This document shows positions 38,101 to 52,352 of a stretch of 64,000 bases of DNA, piece after piece. The notes beneath the pieces were generated by a model. The model did not search any database and was not told where the DNA came from. It saw nothing but the letters and a program-made list of their open reading frames with translations. The stretch comes from Lama guanicoe (lineage: Eukaryota). The DNA lies in contig MU053881.1 of the NCBI GenBank assembly GCA_013239625.1, positions 6,595,957 through 6,659,956 of the forward strand. Direction: 5' to 3'. Numbering within the stretch: position 1 is the first letter of the stretch; each line of letters begins with the position of its first letter. Both the position numbers and the translations under genes were made by a program.

Positions 38101-40239
38101 TCATTCATACAAACATTTTGGAGTTTTGAAAAGTGACTGGGTCTCATTTTGTCATGAAACTGATTTAGAATGCCCCGTCACTTCAAGTCTGTAATGTTCT
38201 AATGCTCTTTGGGACTAGGGACATCTTGAGATAAGCTTATCTCTTTGTACCTTTCTCCACGCTCCTCCCCCCATCAGTGGGACAGGGTAAGGAGTAACTG
38301 TGCTAGTGCGCATCAAGAAATAGGCCAGAGTGGGCAGTAAACAGTACGTCTTACCATCATTCTAATCTTGGGATCCCAAAGGGGCCAAGAAAAAAAAAAT
38401 CCAGGGGGTTATATGAACAGTAAAGTCGTGATGAAATGGAAATAATTCCAATAGTAAAAGCTCGTCTCTCAAGGTTAAAGTTCTGAAAGATTAAAACAAG
38501 GAACAAAAAGGCAAGGAATCTGGTTTTAAAAAAAAAACAGAACATTCCCTGAGCTGTGCATTTTAGGTTTTCATTCCACTCCACATACTTGTGAACATGC
38601 AAGATATTTTTGAACATGCAAGACTCTGGGGAAGCCTTCAGGAAAGAATTATTTAAAGAAACAAGGAGAAAGGAAGAAGGGACTTCTCCAAAAAGTGTCA
38701 ATAATTCTTCTTCTTCTGGGTGGTAGGAATTCAAGGGACTTGCTTTTTCTTTTCTCTAGTCCTGTGTATTCTCCAAGTTCTCCTGAATGAACACAGGTTA
38801 CATTCATAATAAACCCCAGGTTCCACGTTCTCCCTTGTGTCTCCCCTGTACCCTCCCACACCTCTGCCATGAATCTCTTTGAAATACCCTAATTTGGGTG
38901 CCCATCTGTTTCTTGTTGGGATCCTGAGATACACTTGCCCTACATGGAAGGTAATTGTCAGCATGAAAAGAGCAAAGCAAAACAGTGTCATGAAATTCTG
39001 GTCAGAGGTGGCTGCTTGCCAAAGGCTTCTAAAGCCCCGCCTGCCTTCTTTTGGTTATGAAACAGGAAAGCGGATGGGGGAATACTAGCTTGTATTTGAG
39101 AAGTGTTAAAGGCATGCCGGCAAGTAACACAATTTGTCCTTGAAGGACGCAGAACGGAAAGAGAACGCAGCCCGTGCGTCTCCACATTTTCGACGCTGGG
39201 CCCGGGCATCACCTAAGCAGTCTCGTGCACCACAGACCCCGTGTTTTGGGAAACATCGGGGGAGAGGGCTGCTCATGTTCTGTCCGCTGTGAGACCATCA
39301 GACTTTGTAGGCTCCCAGGGCCCAGGCAAGAACCTAAGAAGTGTTCTGTGTTCAGACACCGTGGAAGACACCGTTGGGTTAGAAATTTGGGACTACTGTA
39401 GCTTTTGGTGTGACCCTTCTCAATGCAAATCCGATCAAGTTGCTTGGCTCCATTCATTTCTCCCTATTCACTCACTCACTCACTCACCAAATAGTTCCCA
39501 TGCTCTTGCCACAGCCTGGCGCTGCGCTAGATCCCGTGGCCTCAGTGGAGTACGAGACAGGCCCTATGTTGGCTCGCCACCACCAGCAGTTAGAGAAGGT
39601 CTATATACAGGTAGGAGGTCCCCCACGTTCTGCCCCTTCCCTTCTGCTCCTAAAACTCATCTCCTGCCATTTCTACAAAAAGTGATCACAGGTGTGACAC
39701 CCCATACCCTTTTGGCTGCTGCAGAATCCCTCATGTCAGTTTTTTTGTTTTTGTTTTTGTCTCTATGCCTTTGCTTATATGACCTCTCTGTCTGCAATGT
39801 CATTCCTTTAGGCCCAGCTTTGGTGTTCCTTCTTCCATCAACGAGCCTCCTTAGCAACTCTTCAGTGGCCCCCGTGAGGGCTCCTGTTCCTGTGGTTATT
39901 ACATCCAAGGCCTCGTCTGTTTCCTTCCTGGGGTATGAATCCCAGGGAAGGAGGTGTGCAGGCAAAGCCTAGATATCATTCACTTCTAAATATGCCTGGG
40001 GTCTAGCAGTGAGTATGGCACCCACTTGGCGTGCAGTAAAGGTTTATTGAATGACTGAGTGACTGAGAGGAGATCCAGGGCTGCTGCCCAGCCTGGAGGT
40101 AAAGCCACCTCATTTCTACCAGTCTGCAGGTGTGCACATGCACTCTGGGAGCACCTGGTTTTGCACTAGTGCTGAAGCCTCTCTCACTGATCTTAACTCT
40201 CTAACTGAAGAGACTCCTTGGAGAGCCTCTGACACTATG

Positions 40240-40510
40240 CCGAGAGGGAACGTGGCTCAGCTGTGCCCAGGCTGCCAGCTGGCCCTGCCAAGGCGTTGGA
40301 CATGAACAACGCCATCTTGGACTGTCTAGTCTAGACCAGACACAGCTGAATGCCATCACGTGACCCCGGTTAAGGCCACACAGAGCAGAAGAATCACCCA
40401 TCTGTGCCCTACCCAAATCCCTGACCCACAGAACAGCAAGACAGTAATATAATGGTTCCTGTTTTCAGTCACTATGTTCGCGGGAGCCAGTTGTGCAGCG
40501 ACAGACACCT
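40240..40510 (+). mobile_element. Old MaLR LTR fragment (MLT1H/I-like)
   Basis: gccatcttggac...gagcagaagaatcaccca...ccaaatccctgacccacagaa...tgttttcagtcactatgtt. Confidence 0.7.
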
Positions 40511-43500
40511 GGGACAGCCTCCCACAGAGGGGAACCGAGGCAGAAGCCAGGTGGCAGGGACCCCAGAAATGCAAGCTACACGGTCAGGCCCCGGATTGTC
40601 AGAAGACAGAAGACAGAAGTTAATTCTAGGATATTTCTCGTACGCCTGCATCTGTGCACGGAGATCCATTCCTGGAAAACCGGGAGGAAGCTTTTCACAA
40701 GCCTGGTTCATAGAACTGCCCCATAATTGAATGAAGCTACTGCCTATTATTAGGACAGGGTTCCCAGGGGCTTGGAGAGGCTAACAGGTTGCGTTCATGC
40801 CCCTCTGAGCTGCGCTCCTCTGGCTGCTTCAGGAAGGCAGGCTGGCCAGAAGCCAGAGCTCTGGGCCTTGCAGTGGGAGGAAGCTGTACGCAAGGTCAAT
40901 GCCAGACTGTTCTGCACCCTCTCCCCACTCCCCTACCCCCCCCGCCAGCCCTTTGGGGCGCCAAGGCCTTTCTAAGCCTGGCCCTTGTTCCAACCGCCCC
41001 CAAGCTTTCTCCCAAATACAGATCTTTTCTAATGTCCTGCCCTGTGGCAGGGCCATCGGTCAACGAGCAAGATGACTGATCGGTCTGAGGGGAGACTCGC
41101 TTCCAGCAGGAGCTCGGTAATTAAACTGTGCTGTAGTTGAGAGGACAAAGTTTACGCAGGAAGAATGTCAGTTCTCAGAGCACAACGAGACTCAGAAGTG
41201 GAGTAGAAATAGGGTTGCGATCCCAGCCACAGAATGTCCCTGTTCTTGTCACAGTGACAGCCGAGTCCCTCCCCTACTTTGACCACCAAGGAGGGGCAAA
41301 AGCAAGGTGGGCCACTGGAAAATGGGGGGAGAAGTCGGCCCTGGAGACCTGTCGGTACTCCAGATGGCCATCAGCGCACCCAGGATCCGTGTGGTTACAG
41401 CAGGCGTGGTGATTGTGCTTGTGGTGACTCTGGACATCTCGGACTCTGGTTTGGGTGAAATGTAAGCAAATGTAAGCAGGTGGAGGTAAAGCTGTTTTTA
41501 TATGAGACAGATGGAGAGACAGAGATGGAGAGAGAGAGGGAGAGAATAGCGAAATGGGAGTGGAGGAGAAGAAATGCAGTCTTGTCATCTAAAGCGATGC
41601 TCCACAGTGAGCGATGGCCTCTCTGGCCTTGGTTTCCCAGTGGCGCCTCTCCTGGAGTGGCTCTCACCGGGCGGAGCGTGGCCTGCACATTGAGGTCAGT
41701 ACCCATCAGATGCACGTAGTTCATAAACCTGGTCCTGATATATGACAACTTCATCTCGTGCACAACTAAAGAGAGAGAAATTTCTCCTGATGTTGGAGAA
41801 AAAAATGACTTTTGTTGGATGTATTTTGAGTTGGTATTTTTTCATGTTATTATATCTGAAAGATGAGTTAGGGAATTTCTGGAGTAATTTTGACTGTGCC
41901 CAATTATCTTTTGGGCTGACTCCAGAGCCACTGAAGTTATTACTTTACAATTTTCTTTATCCAGTTAACTTAACAGCCTTTATCTTTATAAGTGGTAATG
42001 ATGCAAACGTGATCCCTGCTTGTTTTTAAATTGTTCCAGATTTCAGATTAGCGTGCTCCAAATAAAGGATTTTTTTTTTTTTTGGATACACATTATAAAT
42101 GGAGCTCCGAACTAGATCATGTTAACATCATCTTACTGCATTCCAGAAAGCCATAAAGAAAATGCCGCACCATTAACCAGATAATGCTAATGCAAGTCAT
42201 GTACCTAAATGTGAAACTATTGGCTCCAAGAATACTCTGGAAATGAGTTAACATTGCAATTTGCACCAACAAATGGCTAACCTAATTTAACCACAGGTAG
42301 ACTTGAGCTATATCCAGATGCTTGATATACAGGTAAATCATGCATAATATTCGCATAGGAAAGAGTAATGAGCAAATCCAACAGCAGCTGGAACGAACAC
42401 TGTGTTTTAAATATGTTTTACCCTCATTAAATGCATTAATATTCATGAGTAAATGATTATATATATGAATCTCCTATGGTAATGACCCAGATCCAGCCAA
42501 TCCTCCCCCCTTTTAAATGGATACCCAGCATCAAAGTACAGCATGATTTTATGGTGACTGGAGTAGGAAATACAATTTTACAAATTTATTACCTATTTGT
42601 GGACATGACTGGAGGATGAGCTCATTCAGGGTTTCAGGTGCAAGTTACCCTTTGGGGTGTTCCTACTGCACTGAGGCACAGAGCCTGGCTCGTGGCAGAT
42701 GCTTGGCGGAACAGGTGCCCAGGGGAATGAGTGGCACAGACACCCCATGGCAGTAGAACACAGAGAAAGGCAGGTGCCAGCGGCTGCAGGAACCTGGGCA
42801 GCCTTCTTGGAGGCAGTGGGACAGAGCTGAACCCTAGAGAAGGGGAGGGCTCAGGGTGGGTGCAAAACTGTGCGGGGGTCATTTCAGGATGAGAAGAGGG
42901 AAAGACAGAGCGAGGTAATGGTGCAGAAAAGTGAAGCAACATCGGAAAGTGATGAGGATGGTACGGCTTTTGTGGAAGAGGCATTGCTGAGTGAAGGGGT
43001 CACCTGCGGGCTGATCAGACCATCGCCCTTTCTCCTAGGAAATGTCCTCCCCCAATTCCAATGTTTTTAGTGAAAGTTGCAATATTCCTTAATATGAGCT
43101 GGCTCCCTGGCCATCAGCTGTAAGCTTCTGAAAGGAACGGACTGTCCCTTAGTTTTTGTTTCTTTGTTGTTTTTTTTCCCCCTCTTTGGCGGGTTGAGGG
43201 GAGGATGCAGAGTGGTGTCAGGGGAAGTACTCAGGCTTTGCTTTACCCACTCTGAGCTCCAGCTTCTCCATCTGTAAAATGGGAAAGCAGCAGCTATCTT
43301 TCCACGGGGATGTTTTAATGATAAAAAGACAGAAGACACATGTAAAGGTATGAGTACATGCCTGGCATGTCCTAGGCATATAAATAAATCCTTCCCTGCC
43401 CCAGCAGGCACCCGCGAGTCTGACAGCTAATGTCACTCAGACAAGCGCGCAGGAACACCTGCCGCTCTCCCAAGCAGCCCTTTGCCTTCACCCAGTGTCT

Positions 43501-44884
43501 GGCCACCCCAGGCACCCCGGGAAGCCCCTTCCCCCAGCAGCTCTGCCCGTGGCTTTATCTCCTGCACTGTCTCCTCCTCCCCGAGAGCCAGCCCGCTCCC
43601 CCATCGCTCACCCTGACAGCCACAAACGCCTATTTATTTGCGGACTAACTTCCTGGTGGTTTAATATCCCCTTGAATTACTGTACAATCTCTTTCAAGTT
43701 ATATTTGATTATTCTTCACATTTAAAAACATGAACACAATTACCCAACAATGGCACGTGCCGTTACAGTCAGAAATAAAACAGCATTGCAACACTGTCTA
43801 TGCATCGTAGGCAAGGAGTCAGTCCCTGGAAATTATGTCTCCAGCACGGAGCGAGATCTGCCGTGATAGGTACCATATAAATGCATATGAGACAATAAAT
43901 AGTTACAAAGGGAGAGGCTGCTGCATAATTAATCCACCCGCCTCTCCAGGAATGTTCTTTATAAATCTATTTCCCCTGTGTTCATTTCTTTTCTTTCTTT
44001 CTTTTTTTTTTTTACAGAAGCAAATATTTAAAGTAAGGAATAAGTAATGTCCAGGAAGGAGAAATATAAAAAGGAAAAAATCAGTGGGAGGGAGAAAGAA
44101 GATTATAGATGGTGAAGGTTCCAAGATTTCTGTAACATCGACCGGGTGGCACTTGTTAAGAGGATGAATCAGGTGGGACAGGATGGGGGTTGTTTCCGGG
44201 CAAACAGGACTGGTCAGGAATCAGATCTAAGCACTAGGTATTTATGCTGGGTTAATGCTGTGGACTTTTTATTCAGGCCCGAGTCTATGTGTCGTTGGAG
44301 GAGGAAAAGCCCACAGGGACACATTTAGAAAGTTCTCTAACTCTTTCCCACTTCCCTTGACTCCACCGGATTTCCAAGAACCTCAGGAAAAGTACAGGGT
44401 CTTGCACAATCCAGCCCAAATCTGGCTTTGGTTTGCATCTCTCCATTGAGAAGAGCTTACTGCCTGTCAAGGAGACTCGTGTTATCTCTGACAGCCCTGA
44501 CTCTTAGGAAGTTCTTCCTACAAAGTCCTTCTCTCTCTGAGACCCACCTTTCCCTAGCTGAACCCCCAAGAGCCCAAAAGAGCCAAGTCCTCCTGCCCAT
44601 CAGATATGTTACCAGGGATCAAGTCCCGCCCATCCCTTCTCCTGGTTACTGGGCCTAATGTTTCCCAGGTCTGATTTCTTTTGGTTTCAGAAGGTTCCTT
44701 TTAAAATAAGCTCCTTGTACTGGTCACTCATTCCTCAGCAGGAAATATGGTGGTTATTCGTTGTTTATTCCAGACCTACATTCTTCATCAGATCTCTCTT
44801 CTCTCACCCTGTGGCTTGCTTTTTCCTTTTCTTAACATCTTTTGGAGCAGAAGTTACAGATTTGGATGAACTCCAATTTACTAA

Positions 44885-45540
44885 CAGAGCGATGATAAGA
44901 TGTAAAATGGTACAACTACTTTGGAAAGTTCTAAGTTGGCGATTTCTTAAGAAGTTAAGCCTTCACCTACCATATGATCTAATAATTCCACCCCTAGGTA
45001 TTTTCCCAGGGGAACAGAAAGCATACGTCCATATAAGGATTTATACATGAATATCGGAGTAGCTTTATTTTTAATAGCCCCAAATTGGCAATAACCCAAA
45101 TGTCCATCAACAGGTGAATGGATAAACAAACTGTGGTACACCCATACAAGGGAACACTGCCATACTACTTATGAAAGGAAAGAAGTAATTCGGCTATGCA
45201 ATAATACAATAACTGAATCTCAAAATAATCATGTTGCATGAAAGAAGGAGATAAGAAAGAATACATACTGTGATTCCATTTATATAAAATTCTAGAAAAC
45301 GCAAACTAAAGTGACAGAAAGCAGATCAGAGTTTGCCCCCGGTGGAGAACGACAGGATGCGGAGGGATGGAAGGAAGAGATTAAAAGGGGGCACGGGGAA
45401 ATTTGGGGGTGATGGCTACACTCCTGTCTCGACTGTGGTGGTTTCATGGGTGCAGGCACATATCAGAACTGATCAAATGTTACCATTTACATACGTACAT
45501 GTTCTTGTGCTTCAATGACACCTCAATATATCTGTTTTTT
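44885..45540 (+). mobile_element. Old L1M (L1MC/ME-like) 3' region
   Basis: tgtaaaatggtacaactactttggaa...aacccaaatgtccatcaacaggtgaatggataaacaaactgtggtac...attccatttatataaaattctagaaa. Confidence 0.8.
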
Positions 45541-46439
45541 TTTTAAAAGGAATTATGAATCTTTCCATTAAAAGGTAGCCAATTTTTTAACCCTTAGTGA
45601 CACTTCTTAAAATCTCTTCTCTCCTCTCTGATTTTCCTCTTTCTCCCAACTGCTTTGGAGCCTCTGGTTCAGTAAAGCACAGAAAGCTGAATAGGACACT
45701 CATCCTCTGTAACTCTTCTGGCTCTTTCCTTTACTCACCCCAACTCCTCTTTGTATGAAAATCAATTGCGCCCCCCCCCCGGCTTTTTCTCCCAGTGTGC
45801 TTTCTTTCCTTGGTTCCCTTACCTGAATTTTTTATGACAAAGGAAAGAGGCACCTCCCTCCTGCCTCTCCCTATTTTCCGTGTTGTGTAACAAGCCTGGG
45901 TCCCTGCCTGGTTAGGACGGGATTGTACTGGAATGGTGGGGTTGGGTGGTGAACAGGGCAGGGCGCTCACTAACCCAAGAAGGGCCTTTCTGTGAATGAA
46001 AAAATGATGCTCCCTCTAAGTGGATGAATTTGAAAAATGCCTTCCAGCGGGTAGATCCAGACTTGCAAGCACCTGGTTTGGGGAACATATGCATTATTGT
46101 GCGAAGTAAAAGATAGCCTTTTTCTCTGGATAGACACAGCCCTGCACCAGGGCACATGGCTTGGGGAGGAGCTTGTGGCTGGATTTCAGCTCCCACTCAC
46201 TGCCCCGCCGCCATGCCTCCCTCATCAAGACTTTTTGTTCAGTGCGCAAACTAAACAACAGACAATGGCAGTCCTGGAAGAGAAGAAAATTTGACAGCAA
46301 GCAGAGCCAAATATAATTGAAAGGAGGGGAAGGTTGAGAACACCACTTGAAATAAATCTTATCTCCATCCGCATATTTATTTTTATTTCGCGTAAAAAAA
46401 TTTCTTCACTCAACTACCGAGGGACATTTAAGTTGTACT

Positions 46440-47700
46440 AAGTACTTCTGCTGTTGAAAATGATGCTGCAACAAATAGTCTTGCGTATGCCTCTTAAAGG
46501 ACTTGCTCAAGAGTTTCTGTAAGGTAAATATTTAACAGTGGCACTGTTGGGTCATTTTGGGGTCATATTCAACTTTTCTAGGCATTGCCAAACTGTGACA
46601 ACAAGGTGAGCATACTAATTGGCTTTCCCACCAGGAACGTGTTCAGAGTTCCTGTTGCTTCATATTCTCCCTGATTACTTATTAAATTCCTGAATTCTCG
46701 TCAACCTAGTGATTATGAAATTGTGCCTCGCTGTGTTTTAATCTGCATTTTTCTGATTACTAATGAGGTTGAGCCACCCTGCATAGAACTATGAGCCTTT
46801 AAATACTCTCTTCTGTGACATTCCGTTTTATATCTTTTGCCCACTTTTTAATGTTGGAGTGTCTGTTTTTATCACCTTGGTTCTTAGGCCACATTTATAT
46901 ATTTGTGGATCCTAGGCTTCTGTTGGCTGTCTGTGCTGAAGGTGACTTCTCCCATGCCGTGGCTTGTTCTTTAACCCTCTTTAAAGTGCCTTTTGGCGGA
47001 CAGAGCTCTTAATTTTAACGAGTTCAAAATCATTCATCTTTTCCTTTACAGTCTGCACTTTCTGTATCTTGTTAAAGACATTCTTTCCTCACCTGAGGTC
47101 ATCCATATATTTTCCTATATTCTCTTCTGCAAGTTTTACCATTTTTCTTTTTCACGTTTAGGTATTTAATTCAATTCGTCTGGAATTGATTTTTATGTAG
47201 GGTGTGAAGTAGGAGTTCAATTACATTTTTTTTTCCTATCATAGATTACCAATAGTCTCAGCACAGTTATTTAAAAGTCTGCCACTCTTTCCATTTCTCT
47301 GCATGCGATGCATCAAGTATCCACCTCCACGGGAATCTTCCACTGAGCTCTTGTTTCCCGTTGCTCTGTTTGTTTATCTCTGCACAGCCACACTGCCCTC
47401 ATCGCTCAATTTATTTTCAGTGGAGGTACTGGGGATTGAACGCAGGACCTCATGCATGCTAAGCATGTGCTCTACTGCTGAGCTCTACCTTCTTCCCCAC
47501 TGGGAGCAGCTCTTAAAGTTCCCCAGATGTTTGAATTTAGATCAGAATTGCATCAAAATCATAGTGCATTTGGGGGTGGACTTAGTACATCCTTGCCGTG
47601 TGGAGTCTTCCAATCCAAGATCATGGCTTATGCTCTCCATCTAGATAGATAGGTTTTCCCTAATGCTATCGATCAGACTTCATTAATTCTTTCTTCCACA
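46440..47700 (-). mobile_element. Old L1M fragment (degenerate ORF2/3' region)
   Basis: ttttaatctgcatttttctgattactaatgaggttgagc...ctggaattgatttttatgtagggtgtgaagtagg. Confidence 0.75.
47408..47498 (-). mobile_element. Camelid tRNA-Ala-derived SINE (Vic-1 type), inserted in an old L1
   Basis: Reverse complement of the same tRNA-like head (tggaggtactggggattgaac...gcatgctaagcatgtgctctac). Confidence 0.85.
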
Positions 47701-49049
47701 GATGTCTCACACGACTGTTATGAGATTGTCCTTAGACGTCAGTCCCTTTCGTCACATCAGGTGACACGCACAGCTCCCATTCTGGAGGTCGCTGTTCAGC
47801 CTCCCACACCTGGATGCATCACTTCTTAACCCGCTGATCTGAAGTTCCTTTGTCCCTCAGAGCCTCAGTTTCCTCCAGTGAAATGGAGATAACCTCAACT
47901 GCAAGAAGGTCGTGGGTTTAAAGATGAAGTGGAATGATCTGAGCTATGATGCGTTATATAGAATATTGATTGTAACCCCTGCACTTGAATTAGCTTTTCT
48001 CAGATCCTCCCTTGGCCCTCGGCCCTGCTGGCCTTGATGCAGACACAGGCAGACAAAGTTTAGAGCAAAATGAAGGGGGCGGGGCTTGAAGTAAGTTCCC
48101 TACAGACTACTGGCCTGTGGGCTCCGAGCCTTTGCTCTGATGAGGGTACTTGGAAAGCAGGATTGGAGGCGGATGGAGGCCACCTTGCTGCCCCATGTTT
48201 ATTCAGTGAGCTGGGACCTTTTAACGAAAGGGCCCACTGGGAGACGGGCAAGTGGAGGGGTGTGTTCCCTCTGCTCCCACAGGCTTTGGGGGTCTGTGAC
48301 ACTAGTGACAGTGAATATCAAGTTCATGGCACTGTGTGCACACAATTGGTGCTCAATACATGTGGGCCCCTCCCCTTTTTCTTCTAGGTGCCTCCCCCCT
48401 GCCCTTCTTGCGAGCAGCCCCTAGCTCCTGACACCATTCCCTTCTCATGGCAAGAAAGGAGCCATGAGGAGTGGCACAGGCACCACAGGTCAGCTCTGCC
48501 ACCTACTGACCTGCGGTCTGGGGCCATGGCTTCGCTGCCCTGCCCTCACTTTCTCCTGCATGTGACCGAGAGGACTGAAGACACCTGCAGGGAGGCTCGG
48601 CACCCGACAGGAAATTAGTGCTCTCTTCATAGATGCTGGATGCCCTTCTTGGGGTATTTGTGCCCCACAGGGGAGGCGGGGTGAAGACACTGCTGGGGAG
48701 GGCGAGCTGGAGGAGGGACCCTTCAGGCACCGGGGAGGGCTGGGGGCTGTGGGACTCAGTGGCACACTCAGAGAACCTGAGTCATTTACCCCCACGTCAC
48801 AGACAGGAGAGGATCGGGCAGACGGGAGCGAGCCGGGGTGATGGGAGAGGCTTGGAGAGGGTCTGTGCACTGGGTCTTGGCTGTTCCTGCAGGAGGCAAC
48901 ACCTTTGGGTACCTCTCTCTGCCTCTTGCTGCCTTGATGTCATCTAATTCCTCTGAGGGCTTTTCAGCTTAGTCTTAACAGTCACCACACCACCTATCAC
49001 CTTACAATTATTCTTCTTATTTTTTGTTTCTTTCCTTTTTGATTTGATT

Positions 49050-49170
49050 TGATTTTTTTAACTGAGGTGTAGGTGATTTACAGTGTTGCGTTAGTTTCTG
49101 GTACATAGCATAGTGATTCAGTTATATGTATACATACATATTCTTTTTCGTTATAGGTTATTACAAGATA
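49050..49170 (-). mobile_element. Short young L1 3' end
   Basis: ttttttaactgaggtgtaggtgatttacagtgttgcgttagtttctggtacatagcatagtgattcagttata. Confidence 0.8.
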
Positions 49171-52129
49171 CAATTATTTTCAAAGAGACTTTTAAACTGC
49201 TTAAAAACGAGCACACATGCTCACAGGACCTTCGTGGGCATCAGAATAGGAAATGTATGAGGGAGCCACCCAAGCTGTGAGGCACCGGCCCCTGTTATGA
49301 GAGCCTGGGAATTTCAGTACCTGCACCCCTCAACCCGGCTAGATCTGGGGCTCCTGAGCCCTTTCTCCAAAGGCCTCCTTTATGCCAGAAAAGCCTCTGT
49401 CATGGGGAGGGCGGAGTGGTTTATGACCAAAAACATTTCATCAATTTGATTTTAGGAAAACAAAGCAGACTGAAAGGCGGAAACATCCCCAAGAGAATGA
49501 TACGGCTTCTGAGTCTCGGTTGGAACCCAGAGGAACGAGCCTCCCCAGCCCCGGCAGATGTGAGGACCCAGGGTCTGGGACGAGGTGGCGAGGGTGTGGG
49601 GAGACACTCGCCGCTCCCTGAGGAAGGCCCCCGGCTGAGGCTCCGGTGGTATCCTGGGACCCAGACACCTGCCTGGTTGCAGGTTTCACTTACTTATCAG
49701 AGAGGGCAGTCTGGTGCCTGCGTTTCCCACCCCAGACTGACTTTCTTAAAGCTGGAGGTTTGAAGGCATCTCTCTCTCCCTTCATCCCATATCCTCAGTG
49801 GATACAGAGCCCAGGAGCAGCCACCCCAAAGCACCCTGGGAACAATCATCCACAAGTCTTTGGGAAGCACCTCTTTCTAATGCATCCTGGAAACAGTACT
49901 TTGCATACCCCTGGCATGTCCTGTTCCCTTAAAATCCAGAGAAAATGAATTTGCCTAGCACTCGGGAGAAACTGTCCTGAGCTCCCTTCCAGGCAAGAGA
50001 TGGCCCTGTCCAGATGGCCCGGTCCACCACAGGGTCCCCGGGCCTGGAACCATGGAGGAGGTGAAGAGGGCTGGGGGAAGGTGAACCTCCAGCTCCTGGC
50101 GCTGCACACACAGGCAGAGGGTCCTCAGGCTGCCCTCACAGGTGCCTCTTGAACTTTTGATATTTTAGTACCAGAAATCAAATATCACTTTGGAAACCCG
50201 GCCCTTCAGAGACATTGCAATCCAACCTCCCACAGGTGCAGGAACTGGAGTCTAAAACTGGTTCCCCTGGATGGAGCCTTGACATGAGGTGATGGGTGGG
50301 AGAGTGACAGGAGGAGATACAGAGCCAGGGGTGGGTCACATGGCTGGCGGGATGCCGTGAGTTTGGAGACAGCCGAGGCTGCATGCCACCCCTGGGGACA
50401 AAGATCTTCTGGAGCACCCAGGTGGGATTGATGAGGTCCCCCAAAGCTCTCTGCACCCCTCCAAACCATGCCAGTAGGTCTCAGCCATTTGAAGCTGCCA
50501 GATGAAGCTCTTCAGAGCCAGTGTCATAGATCATGGGAGATACCCTCTTGGAGCAGTGCGAGCCACATGCACGGGCCTTAGGGTGCCTTACGGTACCCAG
50601 AAGCCACTGTCCCCTCCAACCAAGAGCGACGCCTCCCCCAACCAAAGCTAGAGGCCCTCAGTGGGACCCTCGGTTCTGCATCCCCTTTCCATACCCAGAG
50701 AAGTCTCCTTTGAGCCAGGAGAAGGCCGCACATTGAAACCACCCTAGCTGAGAATCGAGATGCAATGAATCACTCGTGTCTTACTGTGGCCGCCTTTGCT
50801 CCCAAACTGCCAGTGTGTCATCACACAGCCCTCCCGCTGCTCCAGCCTGACTTACCTGCAAGAGAGAACACGGATGGGGATGATAGACACCTTTCCTTGG
50901 GACCAGCACAGCCCCCGGGCTGGGCCAGTGCAGCCCCTCACGTCAAGGGAGAGTTGGCTCTGGAAAGGCCTCCCCAGCAGGGCAGAACCATCGGGGTAAC
51001 CCACACATTTCTCCTGATGCCTTGACCTTGACCGGGTCAACAGCTTGGGAGAAATGTGAGGAGGTGAGGGCTGGAAAGGGGCTCTTCCCGAGGACCCCAG
51101 GCGATGCGGAGGCCATGCCCATAGACATCCAGGAGCATGAATGCATGTCTGGAGGCAATAAAAGAGATTTGCTTTCTGAGCTGACAGGTGGGGACTGCCT
51201 CTGCTTAAATCCTTTCCTTGGGGAAGGGAACAGCAGGGACCAAGTTACATTCTTTTCGCTTAGCACCTAGGGACTTTGTGGTCCAGTGAATGCTTTATCC
51301 TCTGCACAACTGCAAGCCAAAAGGAATTAGCAACTCCAGGGTGGAGGTTGGAATCTCCTTTAAAGACGATGCTCCCCCTGCCCGTTTCCTGTGCATCCAA
51401 AGGAAGCAGGAGTCCATTCTGTTCGCCCCACGCCAAGCTGCCTTTCACTGTCTCCCTCGCACAATGTTCCCGAGCTTTACAGTTCTCCAGACTCTGCGGC
51501 GTGTGGAAGTCTCAGGCAACGGCAAGTCAGAGCTGAGAGTTTTAAATGTCAAGGCTTCTCTCCAAATACATGTGAACATGCCTAGCACACACTAGGAGAT
51601 TTTAGTAAACACTGTTTCTCCTCCCTCATGTTATGCTCCATTTGTCACTGAGTCTGCATCCTTGGTGTGTGTGTAGAGAAATGGATACACCCCTGTTGTC
51701 AAAAGCCTGAGGTCTCAAACACTGTCACTGCCAATTTTTCTCTTGACGTGACTAATTTTAGCCCAGCTCTGGATATTGACCTGTAGTTTGGGAGAACCAT
51801 CATCCAGGGGTACACAGCCCAAACCATAAGGCAAATGTTCACTCGGAATTCAAGATGGCAGCTTTGGGCTCAAGCTCACTAGATTTAGTTGACTTTTCCA
51901 CACCCTGCTAATGTCTGTATGTTGTGACACTCTAGTGCCCACCACTTCCTGGCCATTGGACCACTGTCCCTGTCTCAGGAGATGGGAAAAATATCTATCT
52001 CAATTCTCATATAAGCCACTCAGGAGTCACCCTTGGCATCTCCCTGGTCCCCATTTCCATACCGAATCCATCACCAAGTTCTGTTGATTCTACTTTCTAG
52101 ATCTCTCTACAATCCACTGTCACTGTCAT

Positions 52130-52352
52130 CTGTGGAACTGATGGCTGGTGCTCAGGCAGCCATCTTGGACCATGAAGCATCCATGAATTGATACTACAGA
52201 ACAGGAGGATAGAAGGAGCCCGAGTTCTTCATGACTCTTTGAAGCTGCCATACCAGCCCCATACCAGCCACCTCCTGCCTTCTTTTGTGCATGAGAGAAA
52301 TAAACTTCATGATCTAATGTAATGTTATTTTGAAATTTGGTCACATAGAGCA
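52130..52352 (+). mobile_element. Old MaLR LTR fragment (MLT1J/K-like)
   Basis: gcagccatcttggaccatga...gaaggagcc...gctgccataccagccc...tgagagaaataaac. Confidence 0.65.

Noticed and set aside
39241..39972. 243-aa ORF
   Set aside because: No recognisable domain, crosses L2-like and simple-repeat sequence, and lacks exon structure.
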